The notes: generated by a model not told the origin, from the letters alone. 64,000 nucleotides of DNA from the human T2T-CHM13v2.0 reference genome, Homo sapiens (GCF_009914755.1 NC_060937.1), one strand, 5' to 3'; positions 1-16,937 are shown, counted from the stretch's first letter. Made by a program: numbers and translations.

Positions 1-72
1 TATGTAAGACATGGCTCAGCATCTTTAAGAACTTCAAATGGCCACAAATAATCTACCATTTTAAGGTATAGG

Positions 73-319
73 GTGCAATGGCACGATCTTGGCTCACTGC
101 AACCTCCGCCTCCCGGATTCAAGCAATTCTCCTGACTCAGCCTCCTGAGTAGCTGGGATTGTAGGCGCCCGCCACCACGTCCAGCTAATTTTTATATTTT
201 TAGTAGAGATGGGGTTTCACCATGTTAGCCAGGCTGGTCTCAAACTCCTGACCTCGTGATCCGCCTGCCTTGGCCCTCCAAATTGCTGGGATTACGGGTG
301 TGAGCCAACATGCCCGGCC
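73..319 (-). mobile_element. AluS, tail end truncated
   Basis: Alu consensus match. Confidence 0.9.
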
Positions 320-422
320 TACGCCTTTCTTTCTTTTTGTTGATGGTGGGTCATTTCTCTAACATATAACAAAAGATAAGCATGTATAGAGATATAAAGG
401 GTAAATGAATACACAGTATTAG

Positions 423-752
<330 letters not shown>

Positions 753-1098
753 GACATTTATATTTAAAATGAAAAATAATGATTCTCACAAAATACTCAC
801 TTGTTCAGAATTCAGTCAGCTCTATTTATTCTTAATCAAAGTACCCCTATTCATCATGGGTAGATGTGAAGCATGGCCCGTTTTGATTTGAAGTATAGAA
901 AAATGCAGGACTGGCTAAATCCAGCACATGGTTCGCTCTCTAGGAATTGGTATACAGAGAGTGAGAACACAGATGTAAATGCATGCATAATGCTCACATA
1001 TCCAACAGCAATAATACACACATGCAATAAGGTAAATCTACTGTCAAGGTAAAACCAAACTACACAAACAAAACCCAGCAGACTACAAAGCCTGATAT

Positions 1099-1239
1099 CT
1101 GTTTCTAAGATCAGCGGTCTTCTCCTAGCCAGGATAATTGTCATAGCCTTTGTCAAACTGAATCTGATGCTCTGGTCTTATATTAACTCTAGCTGTAGCA
1201 CATTTGGCAATTTTCGTATCTCATATTTTGTTACTGAAA
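1099..1239 (-). pseudogene. MRPS31P5: MRPS31-like exon 4
   Basis: 141 nt reading [44 protein letters not shown], with two in-frame stops. The donor reads AG|ATATCA (GT>AT). Confidence 0.88.
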
Positions 1240-1278
1240 CTGAAATAATAAAAAGGTAAAGTGCATTAGAAATCTTAG

Positions 1279-1584
<306 letters not shown>

Positions 1585-1813
1585 CCTTAGCTACAGAACA
1601 GTAATAAACTTTCTTAAACAGGAGAGTGATATCATTTAATTCTTATTTCATTGCTATGCACTAATTATACAGCATACAAAGTTATGTTTAAAAAAGTCAT
1701 CTATTAACATTCACAAAACACAGAACATTACGTATTTATGTTTACTTCCATCTTTTTTTCTTTTTGAGACAGAGCCTTACCCATCTTTTAAAGATGTTCT
1801 TCAGAAATCTTCA

Positions 1814-2206
<393 letters not shown>

Positions 2207-2313
2207 CTACATTCAATAACTAAATTAAAACCAAGAGGTAGACATATTTATTTATTGCCTTGTATTTGTTCAAACACAAACAAAATGAGTCACTGAACTG
2301 ACAGTCCAGATAG

Positions 2314-2925
<612 letters not shown>

Positions 2926-3507
2926 CATTTCTTTCAACTTCCTGAAATACATCTGGTACACACGCTCACTGGGAACAACAGATTTAGATCACTCTCCAAA
3001 ATGAAGCAGTGTTACCACTTACTACAATGTAGGCAGCAAGGAGTCTAACGTAGCATAAAATAATGAGAGATGAAGAGAGTAAGTGGAAAGATGTCAGCTT
3101 AAACATAAGAATAGGAGGAAAAAGAGAAGGAAACAGACCTGAAGATTGCTATACCATGCATAAAACCAGCAAGCTATTTAACTGAAAAAAAAATTACTTT
3201 TCTCAGAAAAGCTATCTTATTCTGTTATTTTTAATAACATTACTGAATTTATCATTTCTTGTTTCATGGACAAGAAACTGTAACTTCCTAAAAGGAAAGT
3301 AACTATTCAATTGGTCTCTTAAAACTGTATCTTACTTAAGACATATGTTTTTTAAAAACTTGAATTGCTAAAATTCCACTTATATGTTATATTCTATATG
3401 TAAATTCTACTTATGTGGTCTGTATTATGTGTATTACTTACTAGCCACATGAAAATGGCCTATTTTGAGATATAAACATTACTAACCTAATGGTTTGATT
3501 CACTTAC

Positions 3508-3648
3508 CTAACTAGGTCTCTCTCCATCTCTCTGTGCCCCTGACTCTTCCTCATGCTACGGAGCTGCCTGAGCAGTTCTGGCTTGTTTGCTTGTCAAAAC
3601 AGAGCAGCAGATGCAGCTGCCACCAACTCAGGACTCACGGGCTCATTT
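3508..3648 (-). pseudogene. MRPS31P5: MRPS31-like exon 3
   Basis: Acceptor ttttcag|AAATGAG and donor TTAG|GTAAGT. Reads NEPVSPELVAAASA, then deletions and TGA. Confidence 0.88.
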
Positions 3649-3974
3649 CTGAAAAAGAAAATGAAAACCAAATGAGAAAGAAAAAAGAGAGATTGCTTAT
3701 TATGCCAGTAGTTTAGTGAAAAGTAAAATGATTTTTTGGGGAAGACTTTCTATTGTTCAAAAAAGTTATCATTCAATTCAATTTCTGACAAAAGCAAGAA
3801 TTCTCAACTATTAGGTATCACTTTTATATAAACTTTGAAATGTTAACTCAGAACAATATATTAACATGGAGGGATGAGGGATCAGCGTCAAACATTATAA
3901 ATTAGTGGAATTTTCAACTAGATGCTATTGCATTTCAAAAACAATACATATTGCAAGCAAATATTGAGGCAGCT

Positions 3975-4330
3975 TAACCTGTTCACAGAAGCTTTACTCA
4001 AAATAGCCCCAAACTGGAACCAACCTAAGGTCTATTATTAGAAAGAAAAAACAAATTGTGAGATATCCAAACAATGGAAGAGTACTCAGCTTATGCCAAC
4101 ATGACTGACTCTCATAGACATTAGATCAAGTGAAAGAAGCTGGACATGGAATATATTCTGTATGATTCCATTTCTATCAAGTTCCAGAACAGGCAAAACT
4201 AATCTGAGGTGAAAAAACAAAACAGCAATTGCCTCAGGACAGAAGGCTACTGATTGGGAATGTGAAAATGGGAAACACAGTGTCTTGGTTAAGTGTCTGG
4301 GTCACATGGGCTTATCCACTTATCAAAATC
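3975..4330 (+). mobile_element. Old L1ME-type 3' fragment
   Basis: Motifs aatagccccaaactggaa..; ctgtatgattccattt..aacaggcaaaactaatct. Confidence 0.6.
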
Positions 4331-4627
4331 CTCCAGCCACCATGCGGTGAGAAAGCCCAGGCCACAAAGAAAGCCACATGTAGGTGTTTCTGCTAACACC
4401 CTCAGCTAAGGTCTCAGCTGACAGCTGGCATCAACTGCCAGACCTATGAGTGAGCAAACTTCAGATAATTCCAGCCTCAGATTTCTAGGTCTTCTAACTG
4501 AGGCCCCAGACATCAGAGAGCACAGACTGGCCTTCCCCACTGTGTTCCAGCCAAATTGCTAACCCACAGAATCTGTGAGCGTAATGAGTGAATGTTTTAT
4601 GCCACTAAGTTTGGGAGGTAGTGTAAC
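4331..4627 (+). mobile_element. MLT1 (ERVL-MaLR) LTR fragment
   Basis: Motifs ccagacatc..gagcacagac..; cccacagaatctgtgagc..ttttatgccactaagtttggg. Confidence 0.7.
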
Positions 4628-6113
4628 CATGGTAACCTTATCAATGGGGATTTAATATATAATACAAAGAAAGAAAAGCAGGCTATGCATGAAGCTATGA
4701 TGACAGTGCCTCATGAAGCAAAGATCATGACTCATCTAATCCCATGCATCCTGGAAGTCCTTGAAAAGCGGGGAGGGGAGGCAAAAATCATTAAAAGACA
4801 CCTTTTAAAAACTCAAAACAAATGCACCTTGTTCACCAGTCTTTTGATGTAGGACCAAAGCCTCTTTTTTAAACACAGGACCATTGATAAAAGGTTCTAA
4901 GACATATATTGTATATACATCACACCTATCCTGCAATATTTTCAATTTTGGTTTAAGTGGAAAAGTGGAGCAAGAATGTGAGATAGCTTACAAAGCGATC
5001 TAAGGGTATGATGCTCCTGCGTATGTATATTTGTCTCACTCATGCCTAACTGGAAAGAAATTGTTTACGTGACCTTTACCGACTCTTTCCAAAGCATTCA
5101 ACTCACTTTACCATTTCTGTAATAGTTAATTAAATTATAATAAAGGGCATGAGGGGTCATAAACAGGTCTGGTAGCCTTAAAAATGCCATTCTTGATATG
5201 TATTTATATATGTTTGTGTGTGTTATTTACTTCCATATACTTATATAACTGTTTTCTTTCTAAAGGAGGAGGAGGAAGTACCTATTATGGGTACCGATTG
5301 TCTGAATTAGCTTACTCTACCACCCAATTATACTTTCCAGAGGTATTTTTGATACCACATAGAAACCAAGAAGTTCCATTAAAATGTTAAACCATTCTGG
5401 GAAACAGAAGCCTATATTAATCTGTTTGTTCTGATAAGGGAAGTCAGTGATGGGTATCCTAAGCCACACACCTTACTACTTCAATTAATGACATCACTGA
5501 AATACATCATTATGTATCACTAAAAAAAAAAAATACTGCCATTTAACCTACATGCCATTTAACACAATGCCAAGATATCACTGATTGCACTTAGAATTAA
5601 ATATAATACCCTTTTGACAAGCACAAGTAATTATAATGCTCTGAGGAAGCCAAGAAAGCTGAAAGCATGGATAGTTATTGGTCAAAGGAAGTTATATAGA
5701 GCAGTTGTAATCAACATGCTAAAACTTTATTCCAGAAAAAAAATCTTTAAAATGGAAAATTTCAAATAAGCGAGTCCTTTACAGACATGAAGCTACCTTC
5801 AAATCAAGATGTAAATGATATTGTTAATTAACAGCTTAAAGAGGCAGTTAAGTGGCAGTTAATAACACCGATAAATATGTAAGAGTATGGAATTCTCAAT
5901 GAGATCTCTTTTCCTTTCACTGGATTGTGTGCAGATATCCTCTTGTTATTTAAATATAATACAATAACAGCATTTCTCAAGTAATTATTAGAGTCCCTGT
6001 GTTTACAAGCTGATATTTATTCTTCATTAATTCAACATCTCCCAAGTACTTGTATTAAAAATATTTTTGCCAAAAGAAAAAGCTTACTGGAGTTTCAAAA
6101 ATTAGTTTCAAAC

Positions 6114-6442
<329 letters not shown>

Positions 6443-6463
6443 TCAAATTACAATTAAATTTAC

Positions 6464-6739
6464 CTCTTCTTTGGAGCATGCTCTGTAGCTCTTTGAGGCG
6501 GGCCAGTTGTAGCTTTTAAGTGGACTTCTGTTGGGTGGCTTTGTTGTTTGTACATTTACTGTGCTCAATTCAACTTTCGTGCCCTTAATAATGTCTAACA
6601 AGTCTTTTTTCCTGTTTTCCTTTACACTGTCTTGGTTCTCTGAAGTCTTCTTGGAAGTCTCAACAGTTCACACTGCTCAACTTTCTTGCTACAGATAGCG
6701 CTGTTAGTGCCAAAATATCTTTGGATATTATTTTTTGTC
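6464..6739 (-). pseudogene. MRPS31P5: MRPS31-like exon 2
   Basis: Acceptor ttccag|GACAAAAAATAAT and donor AAGAG|GTAAAT; 276 nt. It has internal frameshifting deletions and a TAA in the shifted segment. Confidence 0.9.
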
Positions 6740-7298
6740 CTGGAAAGATGCATTAAAAAAAATGAAAAATACAGTGCAGGCTAATAAGGAAAAAAACTAT
6801 GTGTCTAAATTTTTTTCAATTCAAGCCTTTTCCATTTGCTTTTTATAATTATTGTTAACAACCATAGCAGCAGCAACTTACCATTTATTAGCATACACTA
6901 CATGCCTCACCTTGTGCAATATGTTTTATGTACATTTCTCATACCCACATTAACTCCCTAAGGTCTCCATTTTGCAGATAAGGAAACTGAAAATCAGAGA
7001 AGTAACTTACCTAAGGTCATGCACCTCACAGCTCACTAAGGCCTAAGACACACTGGGGTGCCACAAATAAGTAGAGGTATGCTGAGATATTGATCACCTG
7101 CTCCTTGGGGTGGCCAGGGGAGGCCTGGGGGTGCTGGTGCTCCCAAATCTGTTCCTTCCCACCATTTACCCCAGAGTTCAGTAGAAAAACTCTGACATGG
7201 TTAATAAATGACAATTCATTATTCTCAAATCCAGATCTGACTGACTGCAAGTCCTTGATCTTAACATGATATAACACCTCTTTAAAAAGTTATAATTA

Positions 7299-7593
7299 GG
7301 CCGGGCGCGGTGGCTCACACCTGTGATCCCAACATTCTGGGAGGCTGAGGCGGGTGGATCACGAGGTCAGGAGTTTGAGACCAGCCTGGCCAACGTAGTG
7401 AAACCCCGTCTCTATTCAAAATACAAAAACTGAGCCGAGCGTGGTGGGACGCACCTGTAATTCCCAGCTACTTGGGAGGCTCAGGCAGGAGAATCGCTTG
7501 AACCCGGAAGGCGGAGGTTGCAGTAAGCCTAGATCACACCATCGCACTCCAGCCCAGGCGACAGTGCAAAATTCGTCTCAATTTAAAAAAAAA
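7299..7593 (+). mobile_element. AluS
   Basis: TSD aaaaagttataatta. Confidence 0.92.
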
Positions 7594-9105
7594 GTTATAA
7601 TTAAATATGAAAATAAATTTCTATCAATCAAAAAGATTTACTTTCAAAAACTGAGTGGGTGTTAACCTGATCATCATTTTCATCAAGCTACATGCCACTT
7701 ACACTTAACCCATAACCACCTGTAAGCTAAGCTAAAATGGAACAGAAAAGAGAATAATCAATGGCTAGAAATGTCATTTTTGCTTTCTTCATTAGATACA
7801 TTTATGAAAGAGAACACCACAAATGATTACATCTATATTAGACTCATGCAAAAGATGTCCTAATTCTAAGTAACCCAAATACCCAATTTTATTCTGTGGG
7901 GTTAAAAATCTCTTTTGGTATTTGATTACTGAAGATCTTTAAAAATTCTGAATGTGTTGGTTTCAGTAAGAGGGTATATTTAAAAAATCATTCATTAAAT
8001 ATAGTGAATATCTACTCTGTGCTGGGCACTATACTAGGTACTGACAATATATTAGTAAATAAGAATTTCATAGTCCCTACTTTTATGAAGCTGATGTGCT
8101 ACAGCACTGCTTCTCAAACTTTAATATGCATAGAAATCATTTTTTTTTTGAGACAGGGTCTCACACTGTCACACAGGCTGGAGTGCAGTGGCATGATCTT
8201 GGCTCACTGCAGCCTCAACCTCGCCGGGCTCCGGCGATCCTCCCACTTCAGCCTCCTGAGTAGTTGGGACTAATTTTCTGTAGACACAGGTTTCCCCACA
8301 TCACCCAGGAACTCCTGGGATCTGCCCACCTAGAACTCCCACCACCCACCTAGGCCTCCCTAAGTGCTGGGATTACAGGCCTGGGCCACTGTCCCTGGCC
8401 CATAGAAAGTATCTATGCTGCTTGCTAAAATACAGATTCTTTGGTCCCACCAAACTACTCTGATTCAGTAGCTTTTTCCAGGAGACACTTGAGAATTTCC
8501 ATTTCTAACAAACTCCCAGGTGTTGCTAATGCTGCTGGTCAGGGGACCACTTTACAGTAGCTATGTTACCTATGTTACTTAATCCTTACAATCTTAAAGC
8601 ACAGATTTTATTATTCTCGTTTTACAGAACAAACTGCTGCCCACAGACGTTAAGTTAGTGGTTATGAATCTCTAGAGGTTATACAAATCACATAGGCAGC
8701 CGACTTAAAACACAGATTGCTGAGATTCTTAGTTTGTAAGTTTGGAATGGGGTTCAGGGATCAGCATGTTAAATTAGACCCAGGTGCTTCTGATGCAGGT
8801 GAGCTCAAGAGCCGTATCCGACCTTAGGTTAATACCATATCAAGTTCTCAAAGCCAGAAAATGGTAGCCACAGGCTAAGGATAGTTGCATGAAAGAGAAA
8901 ATGCAATTTCAAAAAATGCTGAAACAAACTATTTGATCTGCTTATGAAAACGTCAGAGGCTATCAAATCAGGCACTTTTAAATTAGAATGAAAAAACAAT
9001 TGCAAACTAGTATCCTCATACTAAGTACACAAGGACTCTCATAATATTCAATATATGGTACAATCTAGGAAAATAATCTATTATTTTACATTTAAAGTTA
9101 ATATT

Positions 9106-9748
<643 letters not shown>

Positions 9749-10984
9749 GTTAATACTAAAGGTATTTTTACAGAAAGGTGGTAATCAGGGGAATGAATCT
9801 CACATATAATCTTTACTACCGTGTTTTCTTTCAAGACTGCTATCATACCACAGAAAGCAATCTACATTATAGGAAAACCATGTATAAATAACTCCATAAC
9901 ACTAATATAATAAAATTCTAAACCTAACCTCCCACCTGAGTTTGTTTCCACTGACAGCATCGCATCAGTACTTCAAATGCAACACCTTCAAAACGACATT
10001 CAAGACGTCCCCTTTCAGACTGACTTTCCATTTTTCACACTTCTATATTAAAATGCCCCTGACATAAACAGATTTTTTTTGTTTGTTTTCTAAAAACTAT
10101 AACATATGTAAAAATCTTTCTCAACCCCGGATCTGCATTCTTCTGCTAACATTAAGGATACCAACTCCAACGCAGCCAGTTGAAATCTTTGCTCTCTCTG
10201 ACCACCCTACCATTATCCCATGATGTCACATCCCCTTAATTCTACCTGGGCAATTTTTCTCCTCCATTCAGCTGGTCCTTCCCATCTTCACTGCTACTAA
10301 TCTGCTTCAGCACTGTACTTAACCAAACTGGCTTCTGAGTGTTATGCATGGAAGTTACACAGTGGAATTAGGCTTTCATAACAATAAAGTACTCGGAGGA
10401 TAAATAGCAAAACCAAGTATGCTGCAACATCTTTTCTTTCCTGGCTAATTTCAACCAGTGGTCCTTCAGATTTCATCAGACTTTTCTTCCAGAAAGGATA
10501 TCCTGAGTCGCCCCTGCAATGGTTAGGTGTCCCTATTTGCTCCTCTAGCAATTACTTGTTGCATGAATAGTGTACTCTGTGCTTCCATACACTATCTCAG
10601 CAATTACTTCACTACACAGCACTTGTATTGTCTACTTGCTGGAACTACACCCTCCGTGACGACAAGACTGTCTTACTTGGGGTTTATGACCAGTACTGGC
10701 ACGCTGTAAAGTTTTCCAATAATGAACGAAAGAATAAACGAAGGAAACAGAAATGAGACTATCAAATAAATCTTGGGAAGCAAAAGCTAAAACAACTTCG
10801 CTTTTGGAGCTTGGATAAACTGACAGGAGTTGATGACAAGACGAATGAGGCACAGCGACCAGCTTGTAATCGGAGCACTGTTTTCCAGGCACGCTATGAT
10901 CTTGGGCAAGTCATCTTATCTTTCTGGGATTTTTCTTTTCTCAGATGTAAAGCAATAGATTCTAAAACCCAGCAGGTAATACCT

Positions 10985-11550
10985 TCGACCCCGGGAAGTC
11001 GGAGGATAACTGAATGTACAGCACGGGGCACGGGGATGCCCGAGGACCTGCGGGGCCAAGAGCGCTGAACTGCGGTACCTGACCGTTCCATGCCGAGCAG
11101 CGAGTAGCAAAATTGCAGCCGCTGATGTCTCCGGGCTTCCACAGGACAAAGGGTGGCAGGAAAGGGTGCTAAGAGGTAGAAACACCGAGACTCTACCAAC
11201 ACCGCGGAAACACAAAGCCAACCAGGAGCGCAACTGTAACAGTGCGTCCCCATGCCAAACACATCCCCCGCGCTCTCCTCCGTTTCCGGTCTGGCTTGTT
11301 CCCCTCCCTTTGCTTTCCGGTGGGCAACAGGGGTGGGTAACTGTGTTCCGGACTCGCCCGCGGGCCGGGCGGAGCCAGCTACCTCCAGGCGACCCTACCC
11401 ACCCCGCGATTCTATTCCTGGAGACTGAGTCCTCGCCAGTGTTCAGCAAGGTTCGCTGGCCTAGGAGGATCCTAAACCGCCGAGACCGCCGAACGAGATA
11501 GTGGAGGGCGTGATCAGTTGTGCAAAAACTACAGACGCAGTCCGTTTTTA
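10985..11550. promoter_or_regulatory. CpG-island promoter of the MRPS31 copy
   Basis: High CpG density around exon 1. Two ETS-like TTTCCGGT motifs lie at 11283-11290 and 11314-11321. The flanking Alus also retain many CpGs. Confidence 0.75.
11052..11202 (-). pseudogene. MRPS31P5: MRPS31-like exon 1 coding part
   Basis: The start codon reads GTG (11202-11200). There is a 1-nt deletion just after it (GTG TTG GT AGA versus recalled ATG TTT CCT AGA). The donor position reads CC|GCAGGT rather than GT. Confidence 0.85.
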
Positions 11551-11552
11551 AG

Positions 11553-11860
<308 letters not shown>

Positions 11861-12063
11861 GATCAGTCTGTTCTTTAACAGACACTTACTGTGCGTTGTT
11901 TGGAGGGAAAGGGTCTATAGCGTTCATCACGTTCTCAAACCAAAGAGGTTTAAAAAAATTACCATAGGACCTGCTGCCCGATGAAATAGCGTTTCTTTTC
12001 AGTCTTTATTCTTGATGTAGAGTCAAAATAACACTTAAGTTTCATTTTTCACAAGTGATTTTA

Positions 12064-12240
12064 GGCCGGGCGCGGTGGCTCACGCCTGTAATTTCAGCAC
12101 TTTGGAAGGCCGAGGCGAGTGGATCACCTGAGGTCAAGAGTTCCAGACCAGCTTGGTCAACACGGTGAAACCCCGTCTCTACTAAAAATGCAAAAATTAG
12201 CCGGGCGTGGTGGCGCACGCCTGTAAATCCAGCTACTCAG
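12064..12240 (+). mobile_element. AluS truncated in the right arm
   Basis: The match stops at cagctactcag with no tail. Confidence 0.9.
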
Positions 12241-12660
12241 ATTCCCCGCGGGCGCGCGGGAGGCCGCCAGCCCAGGCCGGGGGAGTTCGGCCAGAGCCAG
12301 GTGCAGGGAACCGGCTCTGCGGGAGCGTGGGTAAAAGCTGACGCGCTCTCGCGAGTTCCCACTTAGGGAACTTAAAGGAGAGTTTTAATTTGTCCTCCCT
12401 GCCGTTCGGGGGCGCGTGTGCCTGTGCTGCCCGACTAGCCCAGGATGTAGTGAGCCCCGCGGCTGCCGCTGCCCGCTTAGACCCAATCAGAGGGTGAGTG
12501 GGAGGTGACACCGGTCAGCCTTTCCCGCCCCTCTGTCTCCTGCTGCCGTCGGGAAGGCAGAAGCCGCGAGGCAGGCCAGTGGTACATGGTGCTCCCGGCT
12601 TAACTGCACCCTGCATGGCTCCAAGGGCTGGCCAGGCTTTCGTGTCGCAGGTTCCCGCTA
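12241..12660. promoter_or_regulatory. Second CpG-rich promoter-like fragment
   Basis: TCTCGCGAG (BANP/ZBTB33-like) at 12347-12355, CCAATCAG at 12483, TTTCCCGC (E2F-like) at 12521, and a + strand donor AGG|GTGAGT at 12494. Confidence 0.6.
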
Positions 12661-12710
12661 AGTGCAGGATTCAGATCTTACCATGGTTCTTTTTAATAGT
12701 GAGGAGTTGT

Positions 12711-13029
<319 letters not shown>

Positions 13030-13213
13030 CTATGTGGAGATTAGGAGGGTGTTGTATTACTCTTGATAATGGAGCTTGTGCTTTCGACCTGTGAGGACTC
13101 AAAAGTTACGTTTTAATTTGATCATGAACATACACAAAGCAAAGTCTTATGGATATTAAAGGATTATTTATATATTCTAATTTTCATCATAGTTTAAAAA
13201 TAGTCATAAAGAG

Positions 13214-13551
<338 letters not shown>

Positions 13552-13958
13552 TCACACTAAGCCTCCACTGCTCAGGTGTTGAGTAGACACAGCAGAGCAC
13601 TGCTGTGCTGCAGGATGGGCGCAACCAGGCAGCCAGGCTCCGCCCCTTTCTGTGGCACTCCGGACAAGTTTTCGCACCCTCTCTGGGTCTCAGTTGCCTT
13701 ATCTGTGGAAAAGGGAATCATGTTAGCACCTACCTTGCAGGCATACTCTGAGGATTAAATGGGTTAAATATGGAATAGTGTTTACAGCCGAGTGTAGCAC
13801 ACAGTAAATACTATAGAAGTGTTTGTAGCTGTTACAGTCAAAATGGAAATGTGGAATGGAATTTGAAAGTCTATTTAAAATCAGGGAACCTATGCAAAAA
13901 AAAAAAAAAACAATTTTGGATGAGGTTGCTAAATTATCTAGAAGGTTAGTAAACACTG

Positions 13959-13993
<35 letters not shown>

Positions 13994-14197
13994 TTTGAGA
14001 CGGAGTCTTGCTCTGTCAGCCTCCCGAGTAGCTGGGATTACAGGCGCCCGCAACCGCGTCCGGCTAATTTTTGTATTTTCAGTAGAGATGGGGTTTCACC
14101 ATCTTGGCCAGGGTGGTCTCGAACTCCTAACCTCGTGATCCACCCGCCTTGATCTCCCAAAGTGCCGGGATTATAGGCGTGAGCCACCGTGCTCGGC
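13959..14197 (-). mobile_element. AluS with internal deletion and (TTTA)n tail
   Basis: gctctgtc is joined directly to agcctcccgagtag. Confidence 0.88.
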
Positions 14198-14433
14198 GAA
14201 CAACACCGTTCTTTATAAGGATAGCTTCTGATTTCTAATGTAGCCACTTCTAGAGAACATCAAAACCATTTTTTTTTTCAGCAGTGACTACTTCTGGACG
14301 TGAGTGAATTTTCATTAGTCAACCTTATCAAAGAGTCCAGGAGAATATATTGTTGTTGTTTATAGAGTGTTAATATATTGCTACATTCAGAAGCTCAGGA
14401 AAATGAAAGAATGTTAAGAAATCAGAATATTAA

Positions 14434-14730
<297 letters not shown>

Positions 14731-16546
14731 GAAATCAGAATATTGTTTCCAGCTATTAATAATTCACGGTGCTGCAGACCTCTTGAATCATCATTAAGTC
14801 AGAAATCTAAGTGAAAATAGTGTTGCTCTTGCATTCAGTTGTATTATAAAGCACTTAGCACTGGATATTATGAAGTGTTTTTCTGTGTTCCAAAGTATAG
14901 CATATCTTTGGAGGAGTCCAGCATGAGAGCTTAGGATCAGTCCTATCCTGAGACACAGATAGGCATTCTTTGTTTTCTGCAGTGGGATGAGCAGATAGGA
15001 AGGACCAGCACCAAGAATCTGATTTGCTCTGGGGGTTGCATGGATGCAGAAGAACCACAGAGAAGGGGTTGGTCCAGCTGCCCAAAAGAAATCTTTGAAG
15101 CCCATGCTGACCAGTATCTAGAGTCCAGGACAACAGTTCTATTTACTGCCATACAACACAATAATGCTCACCCAACTTTTATAATCACCACCCTGATTCC
15201 AAAACATTCTATGAATAAATGATCATTTGAAAGTTGATAGCCAATGATTAGAAGTGGGAGTCAATGACTAGTGAAAAGCCGAAAAACTATGTTATGCATG
15301 GTATTCATAATAGCGTAGAAATACTAAAAATAGATAACTCTTACAAAGTTACAAAAATCACAGCAAAGATATTAAAATAGCACGTTACCTTAATGGTACA
15401 AGCAATTTCAATTCACCTTAATGAACTTCTCATGATATTTAATGTACCCCAGATTCATTTCTAACATTATTTAATTACTACATGAATTCTAAGAAACACT
15501 TAGATCTAGTAAATAATACATCTTGGAAAGATCTAAGTGAATAAATAATACATCTACAAAGATTCAGAAAAATTTAGAATATTCTGTCCATCTGCATGAA
15601 GTAATCAGTAGTTCATGCTAGTGGATCACACACAAAAAGGTAAACCATGAAGCCACTTCTCCCAAGTGACAGGATGGCAGAACACGAATGTCATGGCCCA
15701 GGTGAGGCTTACAGGCTCTGTCGCTACTTTGCTTGTGCAGCAAAATGTATCCTATTCTGCTGTTTGTTTTATGCCATTTTCCATCATACCTACTTTGTCT
15801 ATGTATTTCACAGGCAATCAAATGTAATTTATTTTATTAATTGCTTTTTAGTCACGAGAATTGCCCATATACGTGACTTCATTTCCCAATAAATATGTCT
15901 GTAAATTTGTGTCTTTTATGTTCAAAGTAATCCTTTCCCCTAAAATCAACTCTGAATTAACTTTCAATGCCTCTGTGTAAAAAAAGTACATAAGACTGTT
16001 TCCAACAAAATCGGGGTGCAGCATAAATACCTGCAATGTGGAAATGAGATAATAACACCACTGACTGCCCACTGCACACTAAACAATTTACATCCTCATC
16101 TCATTTAATTTCCTCAATGACATCAGGATTATCCAACAAGCGCAGTCATGTGTCTCAGCAGGTGTATGAAAACCTGTAACAAGGAGTCCAGGAATGGTCA
16201 ATATCTGGAAATCCAACTAGCCAGGCCAGCAATGGCCTCAGTTTTCTGAGGTTTGCTCTTTGTGAAATAAGCCTGCAGAATAAACCCAGTTGTCCAGCAG
16301 TTTCAGCTACCTACTTCAATTGACTTGTGTCTCTACTAGCAAAAGTATTAATGGATTATGGACATCTTTCCAAAGGCAATGTACTAGCTAAAGGCACAGA
16401 AAGAAGGAGAGAATGAGGCTGGATGGACTTACTGGGGGCATAACTCATCGTGAGGTTTCCTGATCTGGGTGAGGGATGATGTGTGTGGTACATACTGGAT
16501 GTGGTATTTCCTTTTTTTCTTAGGTGGATTAAGAGCTGTTTTGTCG

Positions 16547-16850
16547 GGCCGGACGCGACAAAACAGGGATCACGCCTGTAATCCCAGCACTTTGGGAGGC
16601 CGAGGCGGGCGGATCACAAGGTCAGAAGATCGAAACCATCCTGGCTAACATGGTGAAACCCTGTCTCTACTAAAAATACAAAAAATTAGCCGGGCGTGGT
16701 GGCAGGTGCCTGTAGTCCCAGCTACTAGGGAGGCTCAGGCAGGAGAATGGCGTGAACCCAGGAGGCACAGCTTGCAGTGAACCAAGATCACACCACTGCG
16801 CTCCAGCCTGGGCGACAGAGCGAGACTCCGTCTCAAAAAAAAAAAAAAAA
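16547..16850 (+). mobile_element. AluY
   Basis: TSD aagagctgttttgtc at 16531-16545 and 16849-16863. Confidence 0.92.
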
Positions 16851-16906
16851 GAGCTGTTTTGTCTCTGCATCTTTCAAGTTGGGAAATTTTTATCTTTCTT
16901 TCTGGA

Positions 16907-16937
<31 letters not shown>

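Noticed and set aside
6464-6739. Compensating -4 and -8 deletions in MRPS31-like exon 2 restoring frame
   Set aside because: The shifted segment contains TAA (..ACA GTG TAA), and the other exons are also disabled.
10894-11253. Upstream ATG (11253) rescuing MRPS31 translation
   Set aside because: It is in frame with the old start position, but the 1-nt deletion shifts it out of the MRPS31 frame at once.
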